Positions 10,291 through 20,156 of a DNA stretch of 64,000 nt are shown one piece after another. Below the pieces are notes generated by a model, which made no database searches, was not told the origin of the DNA, and saw only the letters and a list, made by a program, of their open reading frames with translations. This DNA is from Kordiimonadales bacterium (GTDB lineage: Bacteria; Pseudomonadota; Alphaproteobacteria; Sphingomonadales; Kordiimonadaceae), in contig WFTS01000024.1 in NCBI GenBank assembly GCA_015485385.1, positions 2,606 through 66,605 on the forward strand. The letters are read 5' to 3'. The translations under genes were made by a program, and so were the position numbers. How positions within the stretch are numbered: position 1 is the first letter of the stretch; each line of letters starts with the position of its first letter.

Positions 10291-11427
10291 ATGGCTTTGA
10301 TTTTAAATGAAGAACAACAGCTTTTGAAAGAATCCGCTGATGGATTTTTTGCTGAGAAGGCTCCTGTAAGCCAACTCCGCACGCTGCGAGACGACAAGGT
10401 TGAAGACTGTTTCAGTCGTGACCTTTGGAAAGAAATGGCAGAAATGGGCTTTGCGGGCATTCTGGTGGGTGAAGATCACGGTGGGGCTGATTTTGGCCTT
10501 GTTGGGGCAGGCCTTGTTGCCGAGGCAATGGGGCGCAATCTCTCAGCGTCACCATTTCACGCGAGTTCTGTCATGGCTGCTGCACTTATTGAAGCTGCCG
10601 GAAATGATCAGCAGAAAAGCAGCCTATTACCAGCGATTGCCGCAGGGGAACTGATTGCAACACTCGCCATTGACGAAACAGGCACACATGATCCTGAAGG
10701 GTCTGCAATGAAAGCCGTGGCCTCGGACACTGGTTATAAGCTGTCAGGCATGAAAACTTTCGTGCAAGAGGGCGGGGCAGCGGGGCACTATATTGTCCTT
10801 GCACGAACATCGGGTGAAAGAGGTGACCGTGACGGCCTTAGCCTCTTTTGGGTGGATCGCAGGGCAAAGGGGTTGATCGTTGATCGCTCGGTTATGACCG
10901 ATAGCCGCAACTGGGCCAAGTTAACCTTTGAAGGGGTTCATGTGGATGCTGGTGCGCTCCTTGGTGATGAAGGTAAGGCGATGGATGCGCTTGACCCCGC
11001 ACTTGATAAAGCGCGTGTTGTTTTGGCGGCAGAGCTTTTAGGGATCGCACAAGAGTGTTTGGACCGGACGGTCAAATATCTACAGGAGCGCAAACAATTT
11101 GGTGTATTGATTGGCTCTTTTCAAGGTTTGCAACACCGGGCGGCACAGTTGTTTAGCGAAATAGAAGTTACGCGCTCTGCTATTTTAAAAGCCCTGCAAA
11201 TGGGGGATGCTGGGGGTGATTTTCGCTGGTTTGCAAGTCTGGCCAAGGCGAAGGCTTGTAAAACCGCAGAATTAGCCACCAATGAAGCTATCCAAATGCA
11301 CGGCGGTATCGGCATGACCGATGAGTTTGATATAGGTTTTTTCATTAAACGCGCCCGTACAATTCAGACGCTTTATGGAGATTATAATTATCATGCAGAT
11401 CGCTTTGCGCACTGTTCGGGTTATTAA
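10291..11427 (+). CDS. Acyl-CoA dehydrogenase, PimD-like partner subunit
   Basis: ERKQFGVLIGSFQGLQH and IQMHGGIGMT. It has KAR where the partner has HER, so the catalytic Glu appears absent. Confidence 0.88.
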   Translation: MALILNEEQQLLKESADGFFAEKAPVSQLRTLRDDKVEDCFSRDLWKEMAEMGFAGILVGEDHGGADFGLVGAGLVAEAMGRNLSASPFHASSVMAAALIEAAGNDQQKSSLLPAIAAGELIATLAIDETGTHDPEGSAMKAVASDTGYKLSGMKTFVQEGGAAGHYIVLARTSGERGDRDGLSLFWVDRRAKGLIVDRSVMTDSRNWAKLTFEGVHVDAGALLGDEGKAMDALDPALDKARVVLAAELLGIAQECLDRTVKYLQERKQFGVLIGSFQGLQHRAAQLFSEIEVTRSAILKALQMGDAGGDFRWFASLAKAKACKTAELATNEAIQMHGGIGMTDEFDIGFFIKRARTIQTLYGDYNYHADRFAHCSGY

Positions 11428-11443
11428 TTGAAGGAAGATCGCT

Positions 11444-13174
11444 ATGTTTGAGGACTTGGCTCTGCCGGAGATTGATCCGGCGACACCTATTGATAAAGTT
11501 CTAGCGCTTTTAACGGCTAAAGACATGCCGTTTGCGACGCATACGGAAAATATTCGCGGTGTTGATTATACTGTTTTTATCAATCAACCACGAAACTTAC
11601 GCGATGTATGGGGCTTGTGCTTAGGTCACGGTGACAAAGAGTTTCTTGTGTATGGTGAGGAACGCTTCAGTTTTACCGACATCATTGGCCAAGCCTCGCA
11701 ATTTGCACAGGCGTTGGTAGACGATTACGGCCTTGAAAAGGGGGATAGGGTCGCCCTTGCCATGCGCAATTACCCGGAATGGCCTATTGCTTATATGGGT
11801 ATAGTTGCTGCTGGTGGTGTCGCCGTTTTGATGAACAGTTGGTGGGGCGCTGAAGAGCTTGACTGGGCAATGAAAGATTGCGGCGCAACGGTTGCCATTG
11901 CAGATGGTCCCCGTGCGGCTCATATTCGATCGTGTAGTCACGATGTACACTTAATTGTGGCGCGTGATGCGTTGCCAGATGGTGGGAAGGCCGTCTCCTT
12001 TAAGGATGCTATTTCTGGGAAAAAGCCGCTCAAGTGGCCAGAAGTTGATCTTGGCCCTGATGATATTGCCATGATGCCCTATACATCTGGTTCAACGGGG
12101 TTCCCCAAGGGGGCATATTCCGATCACCGAGCCGTGATCGGCGTTTTGTTCAACTGGATATGTGTGGCGCTTGCCATGAAACTTTTGGGGCGCGTCAATC
12201 CTGACCCTGATTTCCAACCGAAGATGCTGGTTGCAGTCCCGTTTTTTCATGTCACCGGGCTTTTGCCAGTGATGTTAGTCTCTGCGGTGGTTGGGCGCAA
12301 ACTGGTGGTCATGCATAAGTGGGATGTTGAGGAAGCTTTTCGCCTGATTGAACGCGAAGGTGTTACTGCTTTCACAGGCGTGCCAACTATGTCCTACGAG
12401 ATGGCGAAATCTGACCTTAGGTCTAAGTATGATCTTTCCAGTCTAACAGACATTGGTGGTGGCGGCGCATCAAGACCCCCTGAACATGTGCGAATGATTA
12501 AAGACGCCTTTAAAAATTCAAATCCCGGTATTGGCTATGGTTTAACGGAAACCAATGCTCTGGGCGCACTGTTATCAGGTGACGAATATATTGAACGGCC
12601 CACAAGTACCGGCAAGCCTACGCCGCCCCTTGTTGAAATTAAAATCCTAGCGCCTGACGGTAGTGAAATGCCGCATGATGAACGTGGCGAAATTTGCATA
12701 AAATCTGTCGTTAATGTTGTGGGTTACTGGCATAATCCAGAAGCAACAGCACAAGCCTTTAAAAACGGCTGGTTCCACACGGGCGATGTCGGCTATTTAG
12801 ATAGTGACGGCTATCTCTATATCGTCGACCGCATGAAAGACATCATCATCAGGGGCGGTGAAAATATCAGCTCCTTAGAGGTGGAAGGCGTTCTGCACGG
12901 ACATGAAAGCGTTGAGGACGTTATGGTGTTTTCGCTGCCGTGTACACGCCTTGGCGAGATCGTTGGTGCTGTGGTTGTGCCGAAGAATGATAGCTTTGAT
13001 AAAGACGCCCTGTTGCAAGATGCAAGTAAACATCTGGCGCAGTTTAAACTGCCAGAGCGCGTGTGGGTGCGCTCAGAACCATTGCCACTGATTGCCTCGG
13101 GAAAATTAGACCGCCAAGCAGTACGCAAATATTACACAAATTTATGGGAAGCCGAACAAAAGGAACAGAACTAA
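11444..13174 (+). CDS. Long-chain acyl-CoA synthetase (ANL adenylate-forming enzyme)
   Basis: YTSGSTGFPKG, GYGLTET, WFHTGD, DRMKDIIIRGGENI. Confidence 0.9.
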   Translation: MFEDLALPEIDPATPIDKVLALLTAKDMPFATHTENIRGVDYTVFINQPRNLRDVWGLCLGHGDKEFLVYGEERFSFTDIIGQASQFAQALVDDYGLEKGDRVALAMRNYPEWPIAYMGIVAAGGVAVLMNSWWGAEELDWAMKDCGATVAIADGPRAAHIRSCSHDVHLIVARDALPDGGKAVSFKDAISGKKPLKWPEVDLGPDDIAMMPYTSGSTGFPKGAYSDHRAVIGVLFNWICVALAMKLLGRVNPDPDFQPKMLVAVPFFHVTGLLPVMLVSAVVGRKLVVMHKWDVEEAFRLIEREGVTAFTGVPTMSYEMAKSDLRSKYDLSSLTDIGGGGASRPPEHVRMIKDAFKNSNPGIGYGLTETNALGALLSGDEYIERPTSTGKPTPPLVEIKILAPDGSEMPHDERGEICIKSVVNVVGYWHNPEATAQAFKNGWFHTGDVGYLDSDGYLYIVDRMKDIIIRGGENISSLEVEGVLHGHESVEDVMVFSLPCTRLGEIVGAVVVPKNDSFDKDALLQDASKHLAQFKLPERVWVRSEPLPLIASGKLDRQAVRKYYTNLWEAEQKEQN

Positions 13175-14406
13175 TGGATTTAGGACTAGGAAAACGCGCA
13201 ACAGAATTGCGTGACAAGGTACGGGCTTTCATAGATACGCATGTTATGCCGGTCGAAGATGAATATCACGCTGAAGTTGGTAAAAACGGTAACCGATTTG
13301 AATTTACGGACCGTATGACAGAAATTCTGGAAACACTGAAAGCGCAGGCCAAAACTGACGGGCTGTGGAACTTTTGGCTTACGGATTCTGATGAAGGATA
13401 TGGGCTTAGCACGGTTGAATATGCCTATTTAGCGGAGGAGATGGGGCGCTCTCAGCTTGCGGCTGAGGCCTTCAATTGCAGCGCGCCTGATACCGGCAAC
13501 ATGGAAGTGATTGAACGTTACGGTTCGCCTGAGCACAAAGAAAAATGGCTGAAGCCTTTGCTGGAAGGCAAAATACGGTCAGCCTACTTGATGACTGAAC
13601 CTGATGTAGCCTCTTCTGATGCAACAAATTTAGAAATGAGCGCAGTATTGGACGGCGATGATTATGTGCTGAACGGCGAAAAATACTGGGCTTCTGGAGC
13701 CGGGGATCCGCGCTGTAAGATTTACATTGTGATGGTGAAAACCGGCGGTGAAGAAACACCGCGCAAGAATCGTCACAGCATGGTTTTAGTTGAGGCTGGT
13801 ACGCCGGGCGTCGAAATTCTGCGTCCAATGATGGTTTTTGGCCATGATGATGCGCCGCACGGTCATATGCATATCCGGTTCACCAATGTGCGTATTCCCA
13901 AGACGAATATAATCATTGGCGAAGGCCGGGGGTTTGAAGTCTCGCAAGGGCGTTTAGGGCCTGGTCGTATTCACCACTGTATGCGCTCTATTGGGTCTGC
14001 CGAACGTGCGCTTGAACTGCTTTGCAAGCGTGCGACCACCCGCGAAGCCTTTGGTCGTCCGTTGGCTAAGCTTGGTGCCAATTATGATATCATCGCAGAA
14101 GCACGTATCGGCATTGAAATGACACGACTATTGTGTCTCAAAGCCGCCTATATGATGGACACAATCGGCACACAGGCAGCGCAACCTTATATATCTCAGA
14201 TTAAAGTGCAGGCTCCGCGTATGGCTTTGGAAGTTATTGACGAAGCCATGCAGATGCACGGTGGGCGCGGCATTAGCCAAGATTTCCCTCTTGCCTCTAT
14301 GTGGCACGGGCAGCGTACGCTGAGGTTCGCAGATGGGCCAGATGCTGTGCACCGCATGGTAATTGCGCGTACGGAGCTCAAAAAATATCGCTCGAATAGC
14401 GTCTAA
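13174..14406 (+). CDS. Acyl-CoA dehydrogenase, ACAD10/11 / LvaC-like
   Basis: FNCSAPDTGNMEV, MTEPDVASSDA, GRLGPGRIHHCMR, TLRFADGPDAVH. The ATG overlaps the upstream TAA (TAATG). Confidence 0.9.
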   Translation: MDLGLGKRATELRDKVRAFIDTHVMPVEDEYHAEVGKNGNRFEFTDRMTEILETLKAQAKTDGLWNFWLTDSDEGYGLSTVEYAYLAEEMGRSQLAAEAFNCSAPDTGNMEVIERYGSPEHKEKWLKPLLEGKIRSAYLMTEPDVASSDATNLEMSAVLDGDDYVLNGEKYWASGAGDPRCKIYIVMVKTGGEETPRKNRHSMVLVEAGTPGVEILRPMMVFGHDDAPHGHMHIRFTNVRIPKTNIIIGEGRGFEVSQGRLGPGRIHHCMRSIGSAERALELLCKRATTREAFGRPLAKLGANYDIIAEARIGIEMTRLLCLKAAYMMDTIGTQAAQPYISQIKVQAPRMALEVIDEAMQMHGGRGISQDFPLASMWHGQRTLRFADGPDAVHRMVIARTELKKYRSNSV

Positions 14407-14416
14407 GGGGGCCAGA

Positions 14417-15205
14417 GTGGACGTCGATACTCTTTTTAATATCAGTGACAAGGTAGCGCTTGTCACTGGTGGTAGTTCTGGCATCGGAACGATGGCAACC
14501 GAAGCGTTGGTGCGTGCGGGCTGTAAAGTCTATATTGCATCAAGACGTTTGGAAAGCTGCGAGGCTGTAGCAGAAGAAATGAACGCGGTTGGCCCGGGTG
14601 AGGTTATTGCTTTACAGGCGGACCTTATGACCGAAGACGGTACGCGCCAACTGGCCGAAGCGCTAGCCACACGTGAAGACAAGCTTGATATCCTTGTCAA
14701 TAATTCCGGCATGACGTGGGGGGCTCCGTTTGAGGATTTCCCGCGGGACAAATGGGATGATGTTTTTAAGCTGAATGTTACGGCTGTTGCCGACCTAACC
14801 AAATTGCTTCTGCCCTTACTGCGAAAAAGCGGCACAGCCGAAGACCCTGCGCGGGTCGTGAACTTAGGATCCGTGGTTGGGACGAGGCCACAATCTAACA
14901 GTGCTTATAGCTACGGGGCATCAAAGGCTGCTGTTCATCATTTAACACGCACGCTTGCTAATGAACTGGGTGGATCCCATATCACGGTTAATGCTATTGC
15001 TCCGGGGCCGTTCCCTAGCCGTATGATGGCGCATGTAACGGGTAATGAATGCCGACGCAAAGCTATGGAAGCGGGGGTTCCGCTTCACAGGGTTGGGACA
15101 CCTGAGGATATTGCAGGGGTTCTCTTGATGCTGACATCGCGGGCAGGTAGTTATATCACGGGCGGCATCATTCCACTGGATGGTGGGTTGTCATCCTTGC
15201 CTTGA
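14417..15205 (+). CDS. Short-chain dehydrogenase/reductase (RhlG-like)
   Basis: TGGSSGIG, NNSGMTWGAP, YGASK, VNAIAPGPFPS. GTG start at 14417. Confidence 0.87.
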   Translation: MDVDTLFNISDKVALVTGGSSGIGTMATEALVRAGCKVYIASRRLESCEAVAEEMNAVGPGEVIALQADLMTEDGTRQLAEALATREDKLDILVNNSGMTWGAPFEDFPRDKWDDVFKLNVTAVADLTKLLLPLLRKSGTAEDPARVVNLGSVVGTRPQSNSAYSYGASKAAVHHLTRTLANELGGSHITVNAIAPGPFPSRMMAHVTGNECRRKAMEAGVPLHRVGTPEDIAGVLLMLTSRAGSYITGGIIPLDGGLSSLP

Positions 15206-15216
15206 GTTTATGATCG

Positions 15217-15248
15217 AATCGAACGAATCGAATTGATTCGTTTTGATT
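15217..15248. promoter_or_regulatory. Imperfect inverted repeat (operator or terminator-like hairpin) within a GANTC cluster
   Basis: AATCGAACGAATC-GAATT-GATTCGTTTTGATT with a perfect 8-bp core (AACGAATC 15222-15229 / GATTCGTT 15235-15242). GANTC occurs at 15216, 15225, 15235, 15253 and 15296. Confidence 0.5.
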
Positions 15249-15319
15249 TTACGATTCGGAACAGTCACTTATGATTGTTTTATTATGTATCACTAGAATC
15301 CTAGGATTGGGAGCATATT

Positions 15320-15781
15320 ATGAGCAAAACCGTTTCAAAAGAGCAACTTAAAGACTATTTGGGTAAAGAAACTGGTGTTTCTGACTGGTTCGAAATTGAT
15401 CAGGACCGCATCAATCAGTTTGCGGATGTGACAATGGACCATCAGTTTATCCATATTGACCCTGTAGCGGCTGCTAAAACCCCGTTTGGTACGACCATCG
15501 CCCATGGGTTTTTGACGTTATCAATGCTTTCTCACCTCGCGAGTGGCTCGATGCTTCAGGTTGAGGGCGCTGTCATGGGCATCAATTACGGCTGTGATAA
15601 AGTGCGCTTTCTTAGCCCTGTAAAGGTAAACAGCTCGATCCGTGCGCGTGTGAAGTTGATGGATGTTACTGAAAAAGCTGGTGGTCGATTATTGTTGAAA
15701 AGCGAAATCACGATTGAAATTAAAGATGAAAAGCATCCGGCGATGATTGCTGAATGGTTGACAATGGTTGTGCTTGGTTAA
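15320..15781 (+). CDS. MaoC family (R)-specific enoyl-CoA hydratase/dehydratase
   Basis: FADVTMDHQFIHID hydratase motif, TIAHGFLTLS, NYGCDKVRF. Confidence 0.9.
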   Translation: MSKTVSKEQLKDYLGKETGVSDWFEIDQDRINQFADVTMDHQFIHIDPVAAAKTPFGTTIAHGFLTLSMLSHLASGSMLQVEGAVMGINYGCDKVRFLSPVKVNSSIRARVKLMDVTEKAGGRLLLKSEITIEIKDEKHPAMIAEWLTMVVLG

Positions 15782-15830
15782 GCAAGTAAGGCATTGCCAG
15801 CAACATGTTGCGGAAAGACTGGAGAGTAAA

Positions 15831-16748
15831 ATGAGTATTCGATTTGATGATCAGGTTGCAATTGTAACGGGCGCGGGCGGCGGCTTGGGTCGTAGTCATG
15901 CGCTTGCGTTGGCGGCGCGCGGCGCCAAAGTGGTTGTTAATGATCTTGGCGGTGACGTAACCGGACGTGGAGGCTCGTCAGAGGCGGCTGAGGCAGTGGT
16001 AGCTGAGATTATAGCCGCAGGCGGTGAAGCCATTGCGCACGGTGCGAATGTATGTGATGCCGAACAAGTAGCCGATATGGTGAAAACCACCATGGATAAA
16101 TGGGGGCGGGTTGATATTTTAATCAACAATGCGGGTGTTTTGCGCGATAAAACCTTTGTTAAAATGGAAATTGAAGATTTTGAATTTGTCGTCAAGGTCC
16201 ATCTGACAGGGTCTGTTACTTGTACCAAAGCTGTTTGGGAAATCATGCGTGAACAAGGCTATGGCCGCATCGTGATGACAACATCCTCGTCTGGACTATA
16301 CGGAAACTTTGGCCAATCGAACTACGGTGCCGCGAAGATGGGACTTGTTGGCCTCATGAATACGCTTTGTTTAGAGGGCGCTAAATACGGTATCCGTGTA
16401 AACTCTCTGGCTCCAATGGCTGCAACACGCATGACTGAGGGCTTATTGCCCGAAGAAGCATTGAAGCTTTCAACCCCAGAATCTGTAACGGCAGGTTTGC
16501 TCACTCTATGTGACAAAGATGCGCCAAATCGGACCATATTGTGTGCAGGGTCGGGCGGATTTGCAAAGGCCGTGATTTATGAAACAGACGGTATTTATTT
16601 AAAGCCTGACGAACAAACGCCTGAAAATGTGCGTGCCGGGATGGAGACCATCAACGATCCAACTGGCCAGCAAGAATTTGTGCAAGGTGGTCAGCAATCG
16701 ATGAAATTTATCGGGAAAGCAGCCGCTGCCCTTGGTGTGAAAATATAA
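15831..16748 (+). CDS. SDR resembling the (3R)-hydroxyacyl-CoA dehydrogenase domain of MFE-2
   Basis: TGAGGGLG, KVVVNDLGG, NNAGVLRD, GLYGNFGQSNYGAAK. ATG at 15831 after GGAGAG. Confidence 0.85.
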   Translation: MSIRFDDQVAIVTGAGGGLGRSHALALAARGAKVVVNDLGGDVTGRGGSSEAAEAVVAEIIAAGGEAIAHGANVCDAEQVADMVKTTMDKWGRVDILINNAGVLRDKTFVKMEIEDFEFVVKVHLTGSVTCTKAVWEIMREQGYGRIVMTTSSSGLYGNFGQSNYGAAKMGLVGLMNTLCLEGAKYGIRVNSLAPMAATRMTEGLLPEEALKLSTPESVTAGLLTLCDKDAPNRTILCAGSGGFAKAVIYETDGIYLKPDEQTPENVRAGMETINDPTGQQEFVQGGQQSMKFIGKAAAALGVKI

Positions 16749-16774
16749 TAGCCATTTGAAATAAGGAAAAATCA

Positions 16775-17956
16775 ATGCGTGAAGCAGTTATCGTTTCTAC
16801 AGCCCGAACCCCTATCGGCCGGGCATATCGCGGTTCGTTTAATGCCACTCTTGCACCAACACTAGGCGGCCATGCCATTGAGCATGCAGTCAAGCGCGCG
16901 GGACTTGAGGGCGGAGAAGTTGAGGACGTGATCATGGGCTGCGCCTTAACGCAGGGATCTTCCGGGTCAAATATTGGACGGTTAGCAGCCCTGCGCGCTG
17001 GCCTGCCGACAAGCGTGTCTGGCATGACCATTGATCGTCAGTGCTCATCCGGCATGATGGCGATCGCAACGGCCGCCAAACAAATTATTTCCGACGGTAT
17101 GGATATCGCTGTAGGCGGCGGTTTGGACAGTGTTTCGATCGTTCAGAACGAACATATGAACCGCTATAATGCTGTAGATCCAAGCCTGACAGCCATGCAC
17201 CCAAATATCCACATGCCTATGCTGCAAACTGCTGAAGTGGTTGCGGATCGATATGATATCAGCCGCGATGCTATGGACGAATATGCGCTTCAGTCACAGC
17301 AGCGCACACACGCCGCGCAGCAGGCCGGTAAGTTTGACGATGAAATCGTCCCTTTGGCCAGCAAAATGGGTGTGATGAACAAAGAAACCAAAGAAATAAG
17401 CTTCCATGATGTTTGTCTCGAAAAAGATGAAGGCAATCGTCCCGAAACGACACTGGCTGGTCTAAGTGGCTTGAAACCCGTGATCGAGGGTGGCACGATT
17501 TCAGCAGGCAATGCCAGCCAGCTTTCTGACGGAGCATCTGCTGCTGTTTTGATGGACAGCAAAACCGCTGAAAAGCGTGGGCTTAATCCGCTTGGCATAT
17601 ACCGTGGTATCGCCGTTGCAGGCCTTGAGCCGGATGAAATGGGTATTGGCCCTGTCTATGCTATTCCAAAATTATTGGAGAAGAATGGCCTAACGATGGA
17701 CGATATCGGCCTTTGGGAATTAAACGAAGCCTTTGCAGTTCAGGTTCTATATTGCCGCGATAAACTTGGTATTCCAGACGAATTGCTGAACGTAAACGGA
17801 GGAGCAATTTCAATTGGTCATCCGTACGGGATGTCAGGCGCACGCATGGTTGGTCATGCGCTGATCGAGGGTAAACGGCGTGGCGCAAAATATGTCGTTA
17901 GTACCATGTGTGTCGGCGGCGGAATGGGGGCTGCAGGCCTGTTTGAAGTTGCTTAA
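16775..17956 (+). CDS. Acetyl-CoA C-acyltransferase (thiolase), PimB-like
   Basis: TIDRQCSSG (catalytic Cys), [22 protein letters not shown]. Confidence 0.92.
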   Translation: MREAVIVSTARTPIGRAYRGSFNATLAPTLGGHAIEHAVKRAGLEGGEVEDVIMGCALTQGSSGSNIGRLAALRAGLPTSVSGMTIDRQCSSGMMAIATAAKQIISDGMDIAVGGGLDSVSIVQNEHMNRYNAVDPSLTAMHPNIHMPMLQTAEVVADRYDISRDAMDEYALQSQQRTHAAQQAGKFDDEIVPLASKMGVMNKETKEISFHDVCLEKDEGNRPETTLAGLSGLKPVIEGGTISAGNASQLSDGASAAVLMDSKTAEKRGLNPLGIYRGIAVAGLEPDEMGIGPVYAIPKLLEKNGLTMDDIGLWELNEAFAVQVLYCRDKLGIPDELLNVNGGAISIGHPYGMSGARMVGHALIEGKRRGAKYVVSTMCVGGGMGAAGLFEVA

Positions 17957-18015
17957 AGTTTGAACAGTGTGGGCTTGGCGGCTTGCGCATTTACTAGATT
18001 TTCGGGAGACGCGCC

Positions 18016-18990
18016 ATGAAGGCTGTCCTATGTAAAGAACTTGGCTTAGCGAACACGCTTGTTGTTGGGCAAACAGATGCGCCTACTGTGGGCAAAGGCA
18101 TGGTGCTTGTAGATGTCAAAGCCGCTGGGCTTAACTTTCCTGATACTTTGATCATTCAAGGGAAATATCAGTTTAAACCTGACCTTCCGTTCACACCTGG
18201 CGGAGAAGGCGCAGGTGTTGTTGCTGAAGTTGGTGAGGGTGTAAAGCACATTAAGGTTGGTGATAATGTGATCTTTATGTGCCAGACAGGTGCCTTCGCT
18301 GAGCAAGTGGCTGTCCCTGCCGTCACGGTTATCCCAATGCCTGATAGTCTATCGTATGAAATGGCCGCAGGCATAACTTTAACATATGGCACCAGCTACC
18401 ACGCACTAAAGCAACGAGCCGCCTTGCAAGAAGGTGAAACCGTTTTGGTTTTAGGGGCTGCGGGCGGCGTGGGTATCGCGACAGTTGAGCTAGCCAAAGC
18501 CATGGGCGCTAAAGTAATCGCAGCGGCAAGTACCGATGAAAAGTTGGCTTTTTGTAAAGCATCCGGTGCGGATGAACTGATAAATTATTCTACCGAGGAT
18601 TTGCGTGCTAGGATCAAGGAAATTACCGGCGGTAAAGGCGTTGATGTGATCTATGATCCTGTTGGCGGAGATTATAGCGAAATGGCGTTCCGGTCCATGG
18701 CACCGGGTGGCCGGCTTTTGGTTATTGGTTTTGCTGCCGGAGAGATCCCGAAAATTCCGCTTAACTTATGTTTGCTGAAGCAGGCGTCGCTTGTTGGCGT
18801 TTTCTGGGGGGCCTGGGCAGGAGCGAACCCCGCAGAACAAATCCAAAATATGAAAGAAATTTTGGAGATGGTCGCAAGCGGGCAGGTTCGTGCCAGTGTG
18901 AATGATATTTTCCCATTGGAAGAGGTTGAAGCCGCCTATGCGTGCCTGACGGAACGTCGGGCAAAAGGCAAAGTAATTTTGACGCCGTAA
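18016..18990 (+). CDS. NADPH:quinone oxidoreductase / MDR family reductase
   Basis: AAGLNFPD, PGGEGAG, GAAGGVG, DPVGG. Confidence 0.88.
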   Translation: MKAVLCKELGLANTLVVGQTDAPTVGKGMVLVDVKAAGLNFPDTLIIQGKYQFKPDLPFTPGGEGAGVVAEVGEGVKHIKVGDNVIFMCQTGAFAEQVAVPAVTVIPMPDSLSYEMAAGITLTYGTSYHALKQRAALQEGETVLVLGAAGGVGIATVELAKAMGAKVIAAASTDEKLAFCKASGADELINYSTEDLRARIKEITGGKGVDVIYDPVGGDYSEMAFRSMAPGGRLLVIGFAAGEIPKIPLNLCLLKQASLVGVFWGAWAGANPAEQIQNMKEILEMVASGQVRASVNDIFPLEEVEAAYACLTERRAKGKVILTP

Positions 18991-19044
18991 TTGCACTAAG
19001 CGTGTCGTGACGTTGCTAGGAAAGACCATATACAGTTGTAGACT

Positions 19045-20112
19045 ATGGCCGCACTGAGATTGATCGCAGGAAAAACTGCTCGTAAGCGAATTGAGCAAAA
19101 TGGACTGACCCCAGATTTGGTGCGCATGGTTGTGGGCGCGTCGGGTGGTCCTAAATGGCTAGTTTTGATGGGGCTTGATAAATTTATCTTCGGGCACTGG
19201 CTTTCCCATGCTCCGCAGAAGATCGATTTAGTAGGCTCGTCGATTGGTGCGTGGCGCATGACAGCTGCAGCTCACCCTGATCCTGCACGTGCACTTGAAC
19301 GCTTTCATGATCTGTATTTTCGATTTAAAAAATCTGATGCGGCAAGCCCTCAAATACTGACGAAGGCATCTTACCGGTTTTTGGATGATCTGTACGGTGA
19401 TCAGGATGCAAAACGTATCGTAGAAAACGACCGGCGTAATCTCAATATTGTTACAGTGCGCAGTAAAGGCCTGAAGGCAAATGCTTCTAAGTGGATGGAG
19501 GGGGCTGGCATTTTGGCGTCTGCTGGCGCCAACACGATTAGCAGGGCTTATTTAGCAAAGTTTTTTGATCGTGTGGTCTTTCATTCATCGGCAGAGGCGG
19601 CGTGTCCAACGGCGTGGCAGGATTTTGACCGTACAGATGTAAAGCTAAGGGCCGACATACTTGGGGATGTGCTGATGGCAACTGGCTCGATCCCGTTTGT
19701 CGTTAACCCCATAATAAACATTAAAGGCGCCCCTGCAGGCATATACCGAGATGGCGGTGTGATAGATTATCATTTTGATGTCGCTTGGCGGTTGGACGAG
19801 GGTATCATATTATATCCGCATTTTTATGACCATATTATTCCCGGCTGGTTCGACAAGCGACATAAAGCCCGGCGCGCCAAGGGGGCAACGTGGGATCATA
19901 TGTTAATGTTAGCACCTAGCGGGGGATTTGTAGACAGCCTGCCGGACGGGCGCATTCCAGAGCGCAGAAATTTTATAGATATGACCGATGAAGATCGCAT
20001 AGCGTATTGGCGCACAGTGACGAGCGAAAGTAACCGCCTAGCGGATGAATTTTTAGAATGCCTTGAAAATCCCGGCCTTCTAATGGACCGATTAGAAGCG
20101 GCGCCAATATAA
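19045..20112 (+). CDS. Patatin-like phospholipase/esterase
   Basis: Gly-rich GASGGPK, nucleophile GSSIG and catalytic DGG. Confidence 0.8.
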   Translation: MAALRLIAGKTARKRIEQNGLTPDLVRMVVGASGGPKWLVLMGLDKFIFGHWLSHAPQKIDLVGSSIGAWRMTAAAHPDPARALERFHDLYFRFKKSDAASPQILTKASYRFLDDLYGDQDAKRIVENDRRNLNIVTVRSKGLKANASKWMEGAGILASAGANTISRAYLAKFFDRVVFHSSAEAACPTAWQDFDRTDVKLRADILGDVLMATGSIPFVVNPIINIKGAPAGIYRDGGVIDYHFDVAWRLDEGIILYPHFYDHIIPGWFDKRHKARRAKGATWDHMLMLAPSGGFVDSLPDGRIPERRNFIDMTDEDRIAYWRTVTSESNRLADEFLECLENPGLLMDRLEAAPI

Positions 20113-20156
20113 GACCCCTTGGTTTGTAGTTTTAAAAGCAGAAAGTAGAGTGATAT

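Noticed and set aside
13063-13173. Long N-terminal extensions in the ORF track (also 9050, 14363, 15768, 21775, 31036, 48183, 57325, 62852)
   Set aside because: They overlap upstream genes or promoters. Downstream starts with an RBS or a family-typical N-terminus fit better.
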